Source of the DNA: Candidatus Omnitrophota bacterium
GTDB taxonomy: Bacteria > Omnitrophota > Omnitrophia > Omnitrophales > Aquincolibacteriaceae
Direction of reading: 5' to 3'
Assembly: GCA_022711115.1 (NCBI GenBank)
Contig: JAKLFP010000001.1
Span: 261,183-325,182 of the forward strand
Length of the DNA stretch: 64,000 nucleotides
The notes beneath the pieces were generated by a model. That model did no database searches, had not been told where the DNA came from, and worked only from the letters and a program-made list of their open reading frames with translations. Below, in pieces: positions 30,652-40,430 of this stretch. The position numbers were made by a program, and so were the translations under genes. Every line of letters begins with the position of its first letter. Within the stretch, counting starts at the first letter, position 1.

Positions 30652-31008
30652 TTACGCGCCTTTTTCTTTTTCCTCAATTTTACGGAGGACTTGACCGATT
30701 TCAAAATCTTTATCCAGGGAATCGTCCAGCTCAAATTGAAGTTTGGGAGTATAGCGTAATTTTAACGCCACACTGACTTCCCTCTGGAGAAAACCCGCAG
30801 CACGCTTGAGCACTTGAAGCGTATCGTCTTTTTTCTTTTGATCTCCCATCACACTTAAAAAAACCACGGCAGATTTAAGATCCGCCGTAATCTTCACATG
30901 CATCACGGTGACAAATCCAAGACGCGGGTCTTTGACCCTCTCCAGAATAAGCTTACTAAGTTCCATCTGGAGCAAAGAAGCTACACGCTCTGTTCTTTTT
31001 CCTTGCAT
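30652..31008 (-). CDS. rbfA: ribosome-binding factor A
   Basis: RVASLLQMELSKLILERVKDPRLGFVTVMHVKITADLKSAVVF. Confidence 0.9.
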   Translation of the reverse strand: MQGKRTERVASLLQMELSKLILERVKDPRLGFVTVMHVKITADLKSAVVFLSVMGDQKKKDDTLQVLKRAAGFLQREVSVALKLRYTPKLQFELDDSLDKDFEIGQVLRKIEEKEKGA

Positions 31009-31046
31009 AAAACACCTTGTTTCATGGAAAAGGGGGAAGTTTAAAA

Positions 31047-33323
31047 TTATAATTTTGCGGCTAACTTATCGATCCGGTAAGATTCGACAATGTCGCCTTC
31101 ACGAAGGTCATTAAATCCCTCCAGGGAAAGGCCGCATTCATATCCTTCGGCAACCTCTTTTACATCGTCTTTAAAGCGCTTCAGCGAAGATAATTTCCCT
31201 TCAAAGATCACGACATTATCCCGGACAAGGCGCACGTAATGCTGTCTTGTGAGACGACCTTTCATGACAATGGCACCGCCGATCATTCCGACTTTTGAGG
31301 ATTTAAATATTTGGCGGATCTTCGTTTTGCCTTCGCTCACCTCTTTGAGCTCCGGCTCCAGGATCCCTTCCATGGCTTTGCAGATCTTTTCGACGGCATC
31401 ATAAATAATGCTGTAAAAATGAATGTCCACACCTTCTTTTTCAGCCAATGTCTGCGCCTTCGGATCGGCTTTCACATGAAAGCCGATGATAATGGCATCG
31501 GAAGCCGCAGCCAGCATGACGTCCGACTCGTTGATGCCGCCCACAATGCCATGAATCACCTGAAGCCGGCATTTGTCGGTGCTGAGCTTTTCCAGCGATT
31601 GTGACAATGCCTCGATAGACCCTTGCACATCCGCTTTGATGATGATCTTCAATTCCTTAAAGGCGCCTTCCGAGAGCTTGCTATATAAGCTTTCCAAAGA
31701 CATATGCTTCATAACGCCGCGCATCTGACGTTCGCGCAATTCCAGAGTTTTTTGCTCCGTGATCTTCTTGGCTGTTTTTTCATCTTCTACCGCATATAAA
31801 GTTTCGCCGGCTTCGGGCACGCCGTTCAAACCACCGAGTTCCACCGCATAAGCGGGCCCGGCTTCACGGACGGTTTTGCCACGGTCGTTTTTCATGACAC
31901 GGATGCGTCCCATATATTGCCCGGCAATCACCATATCCCCTTGTTTCAGCGTCCCTTTTTGAACAATCACGCTCGCCACCGGACCGCTTCCTTTGGAAAT
32001 ATGACTTTCGATCACGACACCCATCGCCAGCCGATCCGGATTCGCTTTGAGTTCCAAAACTTCGGCCTCAAGCAGAAGCATATCCAGCAATTCATCGATC
32101 CCTTTTCCTGTTTTGGCGGAAACCTTGACACAAATCGTTTTGCCGCCCCATTCTTCAGGAGCAAGCCCTATCTTTTGAAGTTCTCCCATCACCTTGGCAG
32201 GATTAGCAGAAGGAAGATCGATCTTGTTCATGGCGACTACGATCGGACATTTAGCTTCGCGGGCATGGTCGACCGCCTCAATGGTTTGCGGCATCACACC
32301 GTCATCGGCAGCCACTACCAGAATGACAATATCTGTTACATTCGCGCCGCGGGCACGCATGGCCGTAAAAGCTTCATGACCCGGCGTATCCAAAAAAGTA
32401 ACATGCCCTTTACCGGGAATATCCACCCCGTAAGCCCCGATATGCTGAGTAATGAATCCTTTTTCTTTAGCCGCCACATTTGTTTTGCGAATCGCATCCA
32501 AAAGCGAGGTCTTTCCATGATCCACATGTCCCATCATGGTCACTACCGGAGAACGTGGTTTCAGTTTTGCCGGAGACTCCTCCGCTTCACTGCGACGAAT
32601 TTCCTGGGTCTCATCTTCCACTTTTTTAATCACAATACCCATCGTTTCCGCGGCAGCATAAACAATCTCTTCATTCAAAAGCTGGTTCACATTCGCAAAA
32701 ATACCGATGCCCATGAGGGTTTTGATCAGTTCTGGAATTTTGCGATTCATTTTTTGCGCCAAATCTCCGACCGTGATCGGAAAACGAACATCGACCATTT
32801 GTTTCGCTGGAGGCGTCGGCGCGACCGGTTTCGGCGGTTCAGAAGACGACACGCCAACTTTTACTGCTTCAGAAGCTGTTTTTGGCTTGGGGGTTCCGGA
32901 AACGACCGCCGGGAACGGTGTTTTTACTTCGGGGTTTTTTTGTTCTACCGGCTTCGATTCTATTTTTTTCTCAACAACCGGAATCTCTGCGGTTTTTAAT
33001 TTTTCTTTTTTAACAGAAGCGGCCGGTGCCACAGTCCCTGGCGCCGCTTTTTTAGGAACGGAAAATTCTTCGGTGGGAGCCGTTGTTTTTACTTTTACTT
33101 TTTTTTCAACCGTTTTCTTTGTTTTCTTAGGAGGTTCTTCGACGCTGTTTTTTTTATCCTTTGACGAGGGGCTTGAAGCAGAAGTGGATTTCATATATTT
33201 TTGAATGACTTCTTCGCCAAGAAGAGCCATATGATTTGAAACTTGTACACCCTCTGTTTTGAGCTTAGCTATAAGTTCTTTACTTGTCACGCCTAATTGT
33301 TTAGCCAGTTCATGAACCCGCAT
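31047..33323 (-). CDS. infB: translation initiation factor IF-2
   Basis: N-terminus [23 protein letters not shown]-domain [12 protein letters not shown]...DTPGHEAF...NKID. Start set at the ATG 10 nt after the nusA stop; the track ORF begins 22 codons upstream inside nusA. Confidence 0.95.
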   Translation of the reverse strand: MRVHELAKQLGVTSKELIAKLKTEGVQVSNHMALLGEEVIQKYMKSTSASSPSSKDKKNSVEEPPKKTKKTVEKKVKVKTTAPTEEFSVPKKAAPGTVAPAASVKKEKLKTAEIPVVEKKIESKPVEQKNPEVKTPFPAVVSGTPKPKTASEAVKVGVSSSEPPKPVAPTPPAKQMVDVRFPITVGDLAQKMNRKIPELIKTLMGIGIFANVNQLLNEEIVYAAAETMGIVIKKVEDETQEIRRSEAEESPAKLKPRSPVVTMMGHVDHGKTSLLDAIRKTNVAAKEKGFITQHIGAYGVDIPGKGHVTFLDTPGHEAFTAMRARGANVTDIVILVVAADDGVMPQTIEAVDHAREAKCPIVVAMNKIDLPSANPAKVMGELQKIGLAPEEWGGKTICVKVSAKTGKGIDELLDMLLLEAEVLELKANPDRLAMGVVIESHISKGSGPVASVIVQKGTLKQGDMVIAGQYMGRIRVMKNDRGKTVREAGPAYAVELGGLNGVPEAGETLYAVEDEKTAKKITEQKTLELRERQMRGVMKHMSLESLYSKLSEGAFKELKIIIKADVQGSIEALSQSLEKLSTDKCRLQVIHGIVGGINESDVMLAAASDAIIIGFHVKADPKAQTLAEKEGVDIHFYSIIYDAVEKICKAMEGILEPELKEVSEGKTKIRQIFKSSKVGMIGGAIVMKGRLTRQHYVRLVRDNVVIFEGKLSSLKRFKDDVKEVAEGYECGLSLEGFNDLREGDIVESYRIDKLAAKL

Positions 33324-34545
33324 GTTCAGATCCCTCATTTTCCGCTGACGCTTCTTCCCCGTTTTCTCCCTCGTGCTTCTTTTCACCATTTTCTTCCGTA
33401 TTTGGAGGATTTTCGCTCAAAGGGTTTTTTTTGCCAATAGCTTTTTGAGCGGAAGCAATGACTTTCTCGGCGGTCTTTGTCCCGATCCCAGGGACCTTCG
33501 CCAACCCTTCAGCGTTCATTTTCAGAAGGTCCTTGATGGAATGAATCCCGGCATTTTTCAAAGATTCTTCGGTTTTCTCGCCAACCCCGTCCAGAGAACT
33601 CAGGGGAATCATCTGGCTCGTGCTGCGCACATCGAGTTCCCATCCGATAAGCTTTGAAGCAAGCCGCACATTCTGCCCTTTTTTTCCGATCGCAAGCGAA
33701 AGCTGATCATCCGCCACAAGGATTTCGGCTCTTTGTCTCTCGCGATCGATTCTGATCTCTTTAAGTTCTGCCGGCGCCATCGCATTTTTAATATAAACCT
33801 CCATGTCATCAGCATACCGGATAATATCGATCTTTTCCCCTCCAAGTTCTCTGACAATGCTCTTCACGCGTTGTCCGCGAACCCCCACACAGGATCCCAC
33901 GCAATCGATCTTGTCATCCTTGGATGTGACGGCGATCTTCGTCCGTGACCCGGCTTCACGCGCCACCGCTTTAATGATCACCACACCGTCATGAATCTCC
34001 GGAACTTCCATCTCAAAAAATTTTGTCACAAGATCGGGATGCGTCCTTGAAAGAATCACCTCGGGTCCTTTGGATGTTTTTTTCACCTCCATCACATAAG
34101 CGCGGACAATATGCCCTTGCTTAAAATTATCCAGGGGAGATTGTTCCCGGGCGGGTAGAATGCCTTCCGTTTTTCCAAAATCGAGGATGATGGATTTTTT
34201 TTCAACACGATGAACATTTCCGGAAACGATAACACCTTGTTTGTGGCTGAATTCTGTAAAAATAGAATCTCGTTCCGCTTCACGGATCTTCTGGATGATG
34301 ACCTGTTTGGCGGTCTGGGCCGCGATACGGCCGAAATGAGGATCATTGATCTCCTTGCCTTCGTTCAACACGCTGATGCGAAAGGTTCTTGGATCAATTT
34401 GAATCTCAAAAGTATCCGCTTTTTCCGGAAAGCTTTTGCGGCAGGCAGAAATAAGAGCATGACGGAGAGCTTCCAAAAGCACTTCTTTGGAAATACCTTT
34501 CTCTTTTTCTATATATTCCAGCGAAGACAACAAATCCTGTGACAT
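33310..34545 (-). CDS. nusA: transcription termination/antitermination factor NusA
   Basis: NTD, S1, two KH domains and a C-terminal acidic region. Confidence 0.95.
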   Translation of the reverse strand: MSQDLLSSLEYIEKEKGISKEVLLEALRHALISACRKSFPEKADTFEIQIDPRTFRISVLNEGKEINDPHFGRIAAQTAKQVIIQKIREAERDSIFTEFSHKQGVIVSGNVHRVEKKSIILDFGKTEGILPAREQSPLDNFKQGHIVRAYVMEVKKTSKGPEVILSRTHPDLVTKFFEMEVPEIHDGVVIIKAVAREAGSRTKIAVTSKDDKIDCVGSCVGVRGQRVKSIVRELGGEKIDIIRYADDMEVYIKNAMAPAELKEIRIDRERQRAEILVADDQLSLAIGKKGQNVRLASKLIGWELDVRSTSQMIPLSSLDGVGEKTEESLKNAGIHSIKDLLKMNAEGLAKVPGIGTKTAEKVIASAQKAIGKKNPLSENPPNTEENGEKKHEGENGEEASAENEGSEHAGS

Positions 34546-34580
34546 TTTGTCTCTTATTTCTCTCTTTTTCTGTTTTGAAG

Positions 34581-34608
34581 AAAAAAAAAAGTGGGTTAGC
34601 GCCCACTT
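34581..34608 (-). terminator. rho-independent terminator after the lpxL-like gene
   Basis: On the minus strand: AAGTGGGcgctaaCCCACTT followed by a 10-nt T-run. Confidence 0.6.
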
Positions 34609-34740
34609 CTTCTGCCTGCTAAAATTTAATGTAATTATTATAAGGAAAAAAGACGAAAAGTCAATAAAGGAGTCTTTGAAAAGGAAGAAATGATCGTCGT
34701 TCTATTTTCCTTAACTTATTGGTACTAAATAAGTTATCGA

Positions 34741-35673
34741 TCAAGAAGAGGATCCATTCACCTTACAAGGATTGACGTTTCTTTTTTTGGGTTCTCGCCA
34801 CCTTCGATGCGCCCAAAGCCAGTCGCCGGGTCTTTTGCGAACCTCCTCCTCGATCTTGGAAACATATTGTTGTGTATTCGCCAGCAAATCCGCCTTGAGA
34901 TCCCCTGTTTTGATAAGTGGAAACAATGGCCCATATTGAATCTTTGAGAGTCCGCTCTTATCGCGATAAAAAAAAGCGGGAAGTACTGGATACTCATATT
35001 TTAAAGCAAGCATGGCAGGCAGCGTGCTGGTAGAAGCCTTGTGACCGAAAAAATCCACCCAGACAGCACCTTGGCTCTCATGTTGATCAATGAGCACCGC
35101 CAAAATCCCGCTTTGCTTAAGAACTTGAATGGAAGCGCGGACCGCACCGGCTTTGTCAATGTTTTGAAGGTTCGCGGTTTCGCGCATGCCACGGATATAT
35201 TGATACAAATAAGGATTTTTCAGAGGCCGACCAACGGCATGGCAAAAAAGACTGTGTTTTTTGATCGGGATCGCCAACCACTCCCAGTTGCCAAAATGCG
35301 AAACAATGGCTATGAATCCACCTTTCTTCTCAACAGCCTCCAAAATCGCTTTCATGTCTGGAGGCTCAATATATTTATCAGGGTTCATCGTAACATCAGG
35401 TGTTCGGATGAATTCCAACCCGATCTTAAGCAGGTTCCTCATGGATGCTTCCGCGATTATGAGAAGTTCTTCTTCTCTTTTTTCATCTCCAAAGGCAAGC
35501 CTTAAGTTATCAAGCATGATCTTTCGCCGGATCCCCAAAATCCTGACGGCGAAAACACTCGCGATGTTTGCGATTTTATAGCTCACGCGAAGAGGAATGA
35601 GGCGAATCAGAAAAGCCGCGATCCGGAAAAGGAGATATTCAAGAAAAAAACAGATTTTTTTGAATGGTGTCAT
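34741..35673 (-). CDS. lipid A biosynthesis (Kdo)2-lipid IVA acyltransferase family (LpxL/HtrB-like)
   Basis: N-terminal TM, HxxxxD-type lysophospholipid acyltransferase fold (VSHFGNWEW). Confidence 0.7.
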   Translation of the reverse strand: MTPFKKICFFLEYLLFRIAAFLIRLIPLRVSYKIANIASVFAVRILGIRRKIMLDNLRLAFGDEKREEELLIIAEASMRNLLKIGLEFIRTPDVTMNPDKYIEPPDMKAILEAVEKKGGFIAIVSHFGNWEWLAIPIKKHSLFCHAVGRPLKNPYLYQYIRGMRETANLQNIDKAGAVRASIQVLKQSGILAVLIDQHESQGAVWVDFFGHKASTSTLPAMLALKYEYPVLPAFFYRDKSGLSKIQYGPLFPLIKTGDLKADLLANTQQYVSKIEEEVRKRPGDWLWAHRRWREPKKRNVNPCKVNGSSS

Positions 35674-35680
35674 ATACGCT

Positions 35681-35895
35681 CAGGGAGCGGGTAGCCTTAC
35701 TTCCAAATGAAACATAAATAAAACAACCGGGCAACCCCGTCCTTATCAAAATTAAAAAGGAGAACGGGGCAGTCCGTTCAAATTTAATAATCAATGGAGC
35801 GGGCAGCACATGATCTTATCGAATTCAGAAGGAGATCAGTGCAGCACCGCTTTTCCTATCTAAAAAAATATAATGAAAAAGCGGGCAGCGGGAAT
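35681..35895 (-). repeat. three degenerate copies of the tRNA-Gly 3' end at about 100-bp spacing
   Basis: gggagcgggtagcc at 35684. atcaatggagcgggcagc at 35790, 18/18 identical to the 3' end of the genuine tRNA plus 5 flanking nt. gcgggcagcgggaat at 35881. Confidence 0.4.
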
Positions 35896-35993
35896 ACTAA
35901 AGCCCTTGCTTTAGTACCGCAAACAGATCGAAACTTGTGGTTTCGATCTGCGGTCGAGGTTCTCTCCCCGCAGCCCGTTCAAAAAAATATCAA

Positions 35994-36067
35994 TGGAGCG
36001 GGCAGCGGGAATCGAACCCGCATGGTCAGCTTGGAAGGCTGAGACTTTACCATTAAGCTATGCCCGC
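35994..36067 (-). tRNA. tRNA-Gly (anticodon UCC)
   Basis: Hand-folded cloverleaf: acceptor GCGGGCA/TGCCCGC, D-arm GCTT/AAGT, anticodon stem TCAGC/GCTGA with loop CTTCCAA, T-arm GCGGG-TTCGATT-CCCGC, and an encoded CCA. Confidence 0.9.
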
Positions 36068-36165
36068 ACAAATTTAAAAAGCAGGGGGTATTGTAATCAA
36101 GGAACCGATGACACGCAAGTGATTGAAATGTCAGCCCATTTTTTCCCTTGCGAGAAAGAGCCGGA

Positions 36166-36765
36166 TCATAAGGGCTGCCGGCCCGAAAGCGCCCTCGCGA
36201 GAGTGGCTTGATCCGTGTATTCGATATGACTTCCGACCGGGATCCCGCGCGCGATACGCGTAATCTTGATTTTAAAAGGCTGTAAAATCCTGGCAAGATA
36301 AAGCGCGGTCGTATCGCCTTCGGTATTAGGATTGGTCGCTAGAATAATTTCTCGGATCTTGTTTTTCTTCACACGCTCTAAAAGGTCCTGGATACAGATC
36401 TGGTCAGGCCCGATACCGTCTAAAGGTGATAAAGCGCCGAGCAGCACATGATAAACGCCAGGATGATCCCCTGTTTTCTCGATTGCCACAACATCCTTCG
36501 GATCTTCAACCACGCAAACGATCCCTTGATCACGTCCCGGATCCGAGCAAATATGACAAATTTTCTGGTCGGAAAAATTGTGACAGATGCTACAGAAGAC
36601 AACACTTTCGCGGAGCTGTTTGATGAGCTCGCCAAGCGTCAGGACATCTTCCGGTTTGGTCTTTAAAAGATAAAATACGATCCGTTCCGCAGACCGTTTT
36701 CCGATGCCCGGCAATTTGGAAAGAGATTCGACCAATCGCGTCATCAGGTCCGAATAAGCTTTCAT
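36166..36765 (-). CDS. recR: recombination protein RecR
   Basis: HhH motif LPGIGKRSAERI, C4 zinc finger CSICHNFSDQKICHICSD, Toprim domain. ATG chosen as start; the track ORF begins at a TTG 5 codons upstream. Confidence 0.9.
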   Translation of the reverse strand: MKAYSDLMTRLVESLSKLPGIGKRSAERIVFYLLKTKPEDVLTLGELIKQLRESVVFCSICHNFSDQKICHICSDPGRDQGIVCVVEDPKDVVAIEKTGDHPGVYHVLLGALSPLDGIGPDQICIQDLLERVKKNKIREIILATNPNTEGDTTALYLARILQPFKIKITRIARGIPVGSHIEYTDQATLARALSGRQPL

Positions 36766-36806
36766 GAATTTAAAACCCAAATTTAGTTTTCATGGATAAG
36801 AACGGG

Positions 36807-38510
36807 TCATTCTCTCCGGATGATCTTGGCGCCGTCAAAGATCTCTAGAGCTTTCAAGACAATATCCGGAGTTTCTTTGTCTTTGGAGGTGGTCTCATTG
36901 CCCTCGGATGATTCTTGGGTCATTTCTTCCCGCTCCGTGACAACAAATTGCACACGTAACTTTTTACCAAGCACCTGAGTGAAGGCTTCTTCAACCACTT
37001 GTTTATTCGATTCTTTTTCCAGTGTCTCTTTATGAAAACGAAATTCGGACGGCAACCCCAACACGATAGTGGTTCCGTCCACCTCCACAGGTTCGGATTC
37101 TGCCAGAAAAAGGCTTGTGGACATGCGTTTGGCCTTCACATATTCGATCACCTGCGGCCAGAATTTTTCCACATCATTCAAAGTGAGACCGCCTTCTTGT
37201 TGAAGATTCTCGGAGGGCGGTTTTTGAGATGTTTTTTGCCTCAGGGGTTCCTGATTTTCACTGGTGGATACCGTTATTTTTATTTTAGGAGCTGGAGATT
37301 CCGAAATCTTAACGGTTTCTATCGGTCTTTGAGTTTTTTTTTCCATAACTTGTGTCGCGACCGCGATATTTCCTCGCCCGGCCGCAACATTCTGGACAAG
37401 CTCTTCCACCGACTTCAACCCATCAAGGTAAACAAGCTTAAGGAGCGCGGTTTCCACCAGCAGCTTGGGAGAGGCCACAGGCCGGCGCAGCTGATGCTGA
37501 AGGTTTTGCAGGATCGCAAGAGCTAAAAGAATCTCAGACTGTGAAAAAACATTCGCTTTTTTCCGGAGTTTTGCGATCATGTCCGCGTTTGCTTCAATCA
37601 GACCTTCAGCCTTGGCCGCGGTTTTGAGCACCGAGAGATGCCTGAAGATCTCAAAAAGTCCTTTCGCGAACTGGGCCAGATCGCCGCCGTCCTCATATAA
37701 TTTTTTGACAAGCTCAAAAATCTCATGACCTTTTTTCTCCCGGATCGCGGAAAGGACAGAAAGATAAACATCATCCGACGCGATCCCTAAAAGGGTCAGG
37801 ACATCCTCTTCCTTGATCTTGCCTTCCGAAAAACTCGCAAGCTGGTCCAGAAGACTTTCTGCATCGCGAAGGGCGCCTTCGGTCGACTTGGCGATCAGGA
37901 AAAGCGCGTTCTTGTCGTATTTGAGTTTTTCTTTCTGCGCGATCTTTTCCAGCTTTTCGACAGCCTCGGGAATGGGGATTCTTTTGAATTGAAACCGTTG
38001 GCAACGCGAAAGGATCGTGAGCGGCACCTTGTGCGATTCCGTGGTCGCAAAGATGAACTTTACATGCGCCGGCGGTTCCTCGAGAGTTTTTAAAAGCGCG
38101 TTGAACGCGTCCCCCGTCAAGGAATGGACTTCGTCGATGATGTAAATCTTGAAATTTCCGGCGGAAGGCTTGAATTTCACGTTTTCACGAAGCGTACGGA
38201 TCTCTTCGATGCCGCGATTGGAGGCGCCGTCGATCTCAAACACGTCCATGGAATTCCCCTGTTCGATCTCTTTACAGGAAGTGCATTTTCCGCAGGGTTT
38301 TTCCGTGGGGCCGTCTTTGCAATTGAGTGCCTTGGCAAGAATGCGCGCAGTGGATGTTTTTCCGACACCGCGTGGACCGGAAAAAAGAAAACTTTGCGGC
38401 ACACGCTCCTGGCGGATGGCATTCTTGAGCGTGGTGGTAATGGTCTCCTGCCCAACGACCTCTTCAAAAGTCTGCGGCCTGAATTTCCGTGCGAAAATCA
38501 AATAGTCCAT
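36807..38510 (-). CDS. dnaX: DNA polymerase III subunit gamma/tau
   Basis: GPRGVGKTSTARILAKALNC, Zn module CGKCTSCKEI, SRC motif. Confidence 0.95.
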   Translation of the reverse strand: MDYLIFARKFRPQTFEEVVGQETITTTLKNAIRQERVPQSFLFSGPRGVGKTSTARILAKALNCKDGPTEKPCGKCTSCKEIEQGNSMDVFEIDGASNRGIEEIRTLRENVKFKPSAGNFKIYIIDEVHSLTGDAFNALLKTLEEPPAHVKFIFATTESHKVPLTILSRCQRFQFKRIPIPEAVEKLEKIAQKEKLKYDKNALFLIAKSTEGALRDAESLLDQLASFSEGKIKEEDVLTLLGIASDDVYLSVLSAIREKKGHEIFELVKKLYEDGGDLAQFAKGLFEIFRHLSVLKTAAKAEGLIEANADMIAKLRKKANVFSQSEILLALAILQNLQHQLRRPVASPKLLVETALLKLVYLDGLKSVEELVQNVAAGRGNIAVATQVMEKKTQRPIETVKISESPAPKIKITVSTSENQEPLRQKTSQKPPSENLQQEGGLTLNDVEKFWPQVIEYVKAKRMSTSLFLAESEPVEVDGTTIVLGLPSEFRFHKETLEKESNKQVVEEAFTQVLGKKLRVQFVVTEREEMTQESSEGNETTSKDKETPDIVLKALEIFDGAKIIRRE

Positions 38511-38630
38511 GTGGTCTTTTCTTTAGCGTTATTGTATGAGTGCTTTCTGGAATGAGCGTCTATGATGCGGGAAAAATCCTGGATTTTCAACAAGTTCTTA
38601 TAAGAAAAAAGGGATGTGCCGAGAAACAAT

Positions 38631-39257
38631 CTACTTTTTAAATTGGAACGTTTTCAGGACATGCTCAAATACTGGCGTATAGTTGTCATACTGAGATCCT
38701 ATCGTTTCGAGCATTAACTCGTACAAACGACCCTTGCTTGTCAAATAAACTCGTATCCCTTTCAGCATAACCGGAGGGGCTTTCTCGCTAAACAGCGGAA
38801 AGGATTCATATTCATAAAGAGCCGAAACCGCTTTTTCCCCACCCACTTCTCGGGCTCCTTTATGGAGTACTTTAAATTTGGGTAGATTGGAATCCATTTT
38901 TAGATAAGCCTCCAGAAGATCGGGAGCGGTTTTCCCGCTTTCCAGCGGCCTTACGGTGGCATGAATAAGCGTCGTGAATCCATTTTCCGTATGAACAGGC
39001 CCGCGGAGATACACCAGATCGTATTTCTCCGTCCCACCCGAAACCTCCACAGGCGTCCAGCCCGTTTCAGGGTATTCAAATGTAAAATTGAGGGATGAAT
39101 TTTCGGCTTTGAACTGAACGTATTTCAGCATTATTTGACTCTGGCTGATTTTTTGGGCTTCCAGGAAATAAAATGTACATGCTCCCACTGTGATGGTCAC
39201 TATTATAACACCAAAAATCAGGAAGGGTTTTTTCCAGTTTTTTTTCTGCATGCTCAT
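38631..39257 (-). CDS. membrane-anchored hypothetical protein
   Basis: N-terminal TM (LIFGVIIVTITVGACTFYF) plus a roughly 170-aa extracytoplasmic domain. Last gene of the pilin-HExxH operon. Confidence 0.5.
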   Translation of the reverse strand: MSMQKKNWKKPFLIFGVIIVTITVGACTFYFLEAQKISQSQIMLKYVQFKAENSSLNFTFEYPETGWTPVEVSGGTEKYDLVYLRGPVHTENGFTTLIHATVRPLESGKTAPDLLEAYLKMDSNLPKFKVLHKGAREVGGEKAVSALYEYESFPLFSEKAPPVMLKGIRVYLTSKGRLYELMLETIGSQYDNYTPVFEHVLKTFQFKK

Positions 39258-39278
39258 AAGGTCCTCATCCGATTTTGA

Positions 39279-40430
39279 TCAGTATTCCGGTAAATTATAT
39301 TGTGCATACCATTCGCGAACTTTAACCTTTGCCGCGGCTGAATCCTTGAGAGTGCCGTCATCATTCGCGAATGGACTCGCTTGACCATCAACGCGATCTC
39401 CTAACCCTGAGGCGTCAAAGACTTGGTTCGGAGGTTTTTTTAAATCCATCCAGATCTGGGCCGCTGTTGCAAAAGCGGTATACTCATCGTCAATGGTACC
39501 ATTAAGCGAATCCCCGGAGCGTTCATTTCCCAATAAGTCATTCGGGACACCATATTGTAATGAAGGATACGGAAAGAGTTTGTGTTTACTCCAATCATCT
39601 TGCCATACAGCATGTTTGGTTTCATGCGCCAGTACATATGCCGCCGCATATTGATTGCTTTGCAGTTCGGTGCTCAATACGATGGTACTTGGGACGGTAC
39701 CATAACAGACTCCCCAATTACCCGCTCCAGCATCACCAAACGAAACTGCTACATTATTTGAACGAATAAAATCGGCAAGGTGAGTGCCTGACACCATACC
39801 GGGGATACTCAACGCGGCTGTTGAGGTTGCTAAAATATCGAGGACCTGCTCGATGTCATCTGTATAACCATCAAAAGACGGCAAAGAAGGTGGGGGCGTC
39901 AGAACAAAATCAGGCCTCATCTCCCTCCCCCCTCCACCGCTAATAGTACCGCCCCCAAAGCCTATCCCGCCCCCACCGCTACCACTATTCCCCCCGTTTC
40001 CGCCGGAACCTGAACTCCTCCCGCCGCCGTCCGAAGAAGGATAATTGACAAAACCATCTTTATTGATCCCGAACTCCTGAAGCCAATTATTGAGAGACTC
40101 GATAGGCGTTGCTAAGGCAAGAAAATCTTCTTCGGATGCGTTAATAATCTTGTAGTTGTAGAATTTATTGCCTTCGATCAAAAGCCCCAAAGCCGACTTG
40201 ATGGCTGTTTCATCTGCTGCCGCCAAAAATTTCCCGAGCACGCCATGGATCACGTGCTCTGCGGAACGAATCGCCCCAAGGGTCCGAACCGCTTCCGTTT
40301 CCTTTGCTTTTTTAACCTGCCCGACCATGCGCGGAATAATCAAAAAAGCTACGAAGGTAATGATCGCGGCCGCGATCAATAATTCTACCAATGTGAACCC
40401 TTTTTTAAGCCGCCTGTTTTTTCTTTTCAT
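39279..40430 (-). CDS. type IV pilin-like protein fused to a DUF4157-like HExxH metallopeptidase-like domain
   Basis: Prepilin N-terminal cleavage/methylation site KGFTLVELLIAAAIITF. Gly/Ser-rich linker (SSDGGGRSSGSGGNGGNSGSGGGGIGFGGG). C-terminal domain with LAHETKHAVWQDD. Confidence 0.6.
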   Translation of the reverse strand: MKRKNRRLKKGFTLVELLIAAAIITFVAFLIIPRMVGQVKKAKETEAVRTLGAIRSAEHVIHGVLGKFLAAADETAIKSALGLLIEGNKFYNYKIINASEEDFLALATPIESLNNWLQEFGINKDGFVNYPSSDGGGRSSGSGGNGGNSGSGGGGIGFGGGTISGGGGREMRPDFVLTPPPSLPSFDGYTDDIEQVLDILATSTAALSIPGMVSGTHLADFIRSNNVAVSFGDAGAGNWGVCYGTVPSTIVLSTELQSNQYAAAYVLAHETKHAVWQDDWSKHKLFPYPSLQYGVPNDLLGNERSGDSLNGTIDDEYTAFATAAQIWMDLKKPPNQVFDASGLGDRVDGQASPFANDDGTLKDSAAAKVKVREWYAQYNLPEY

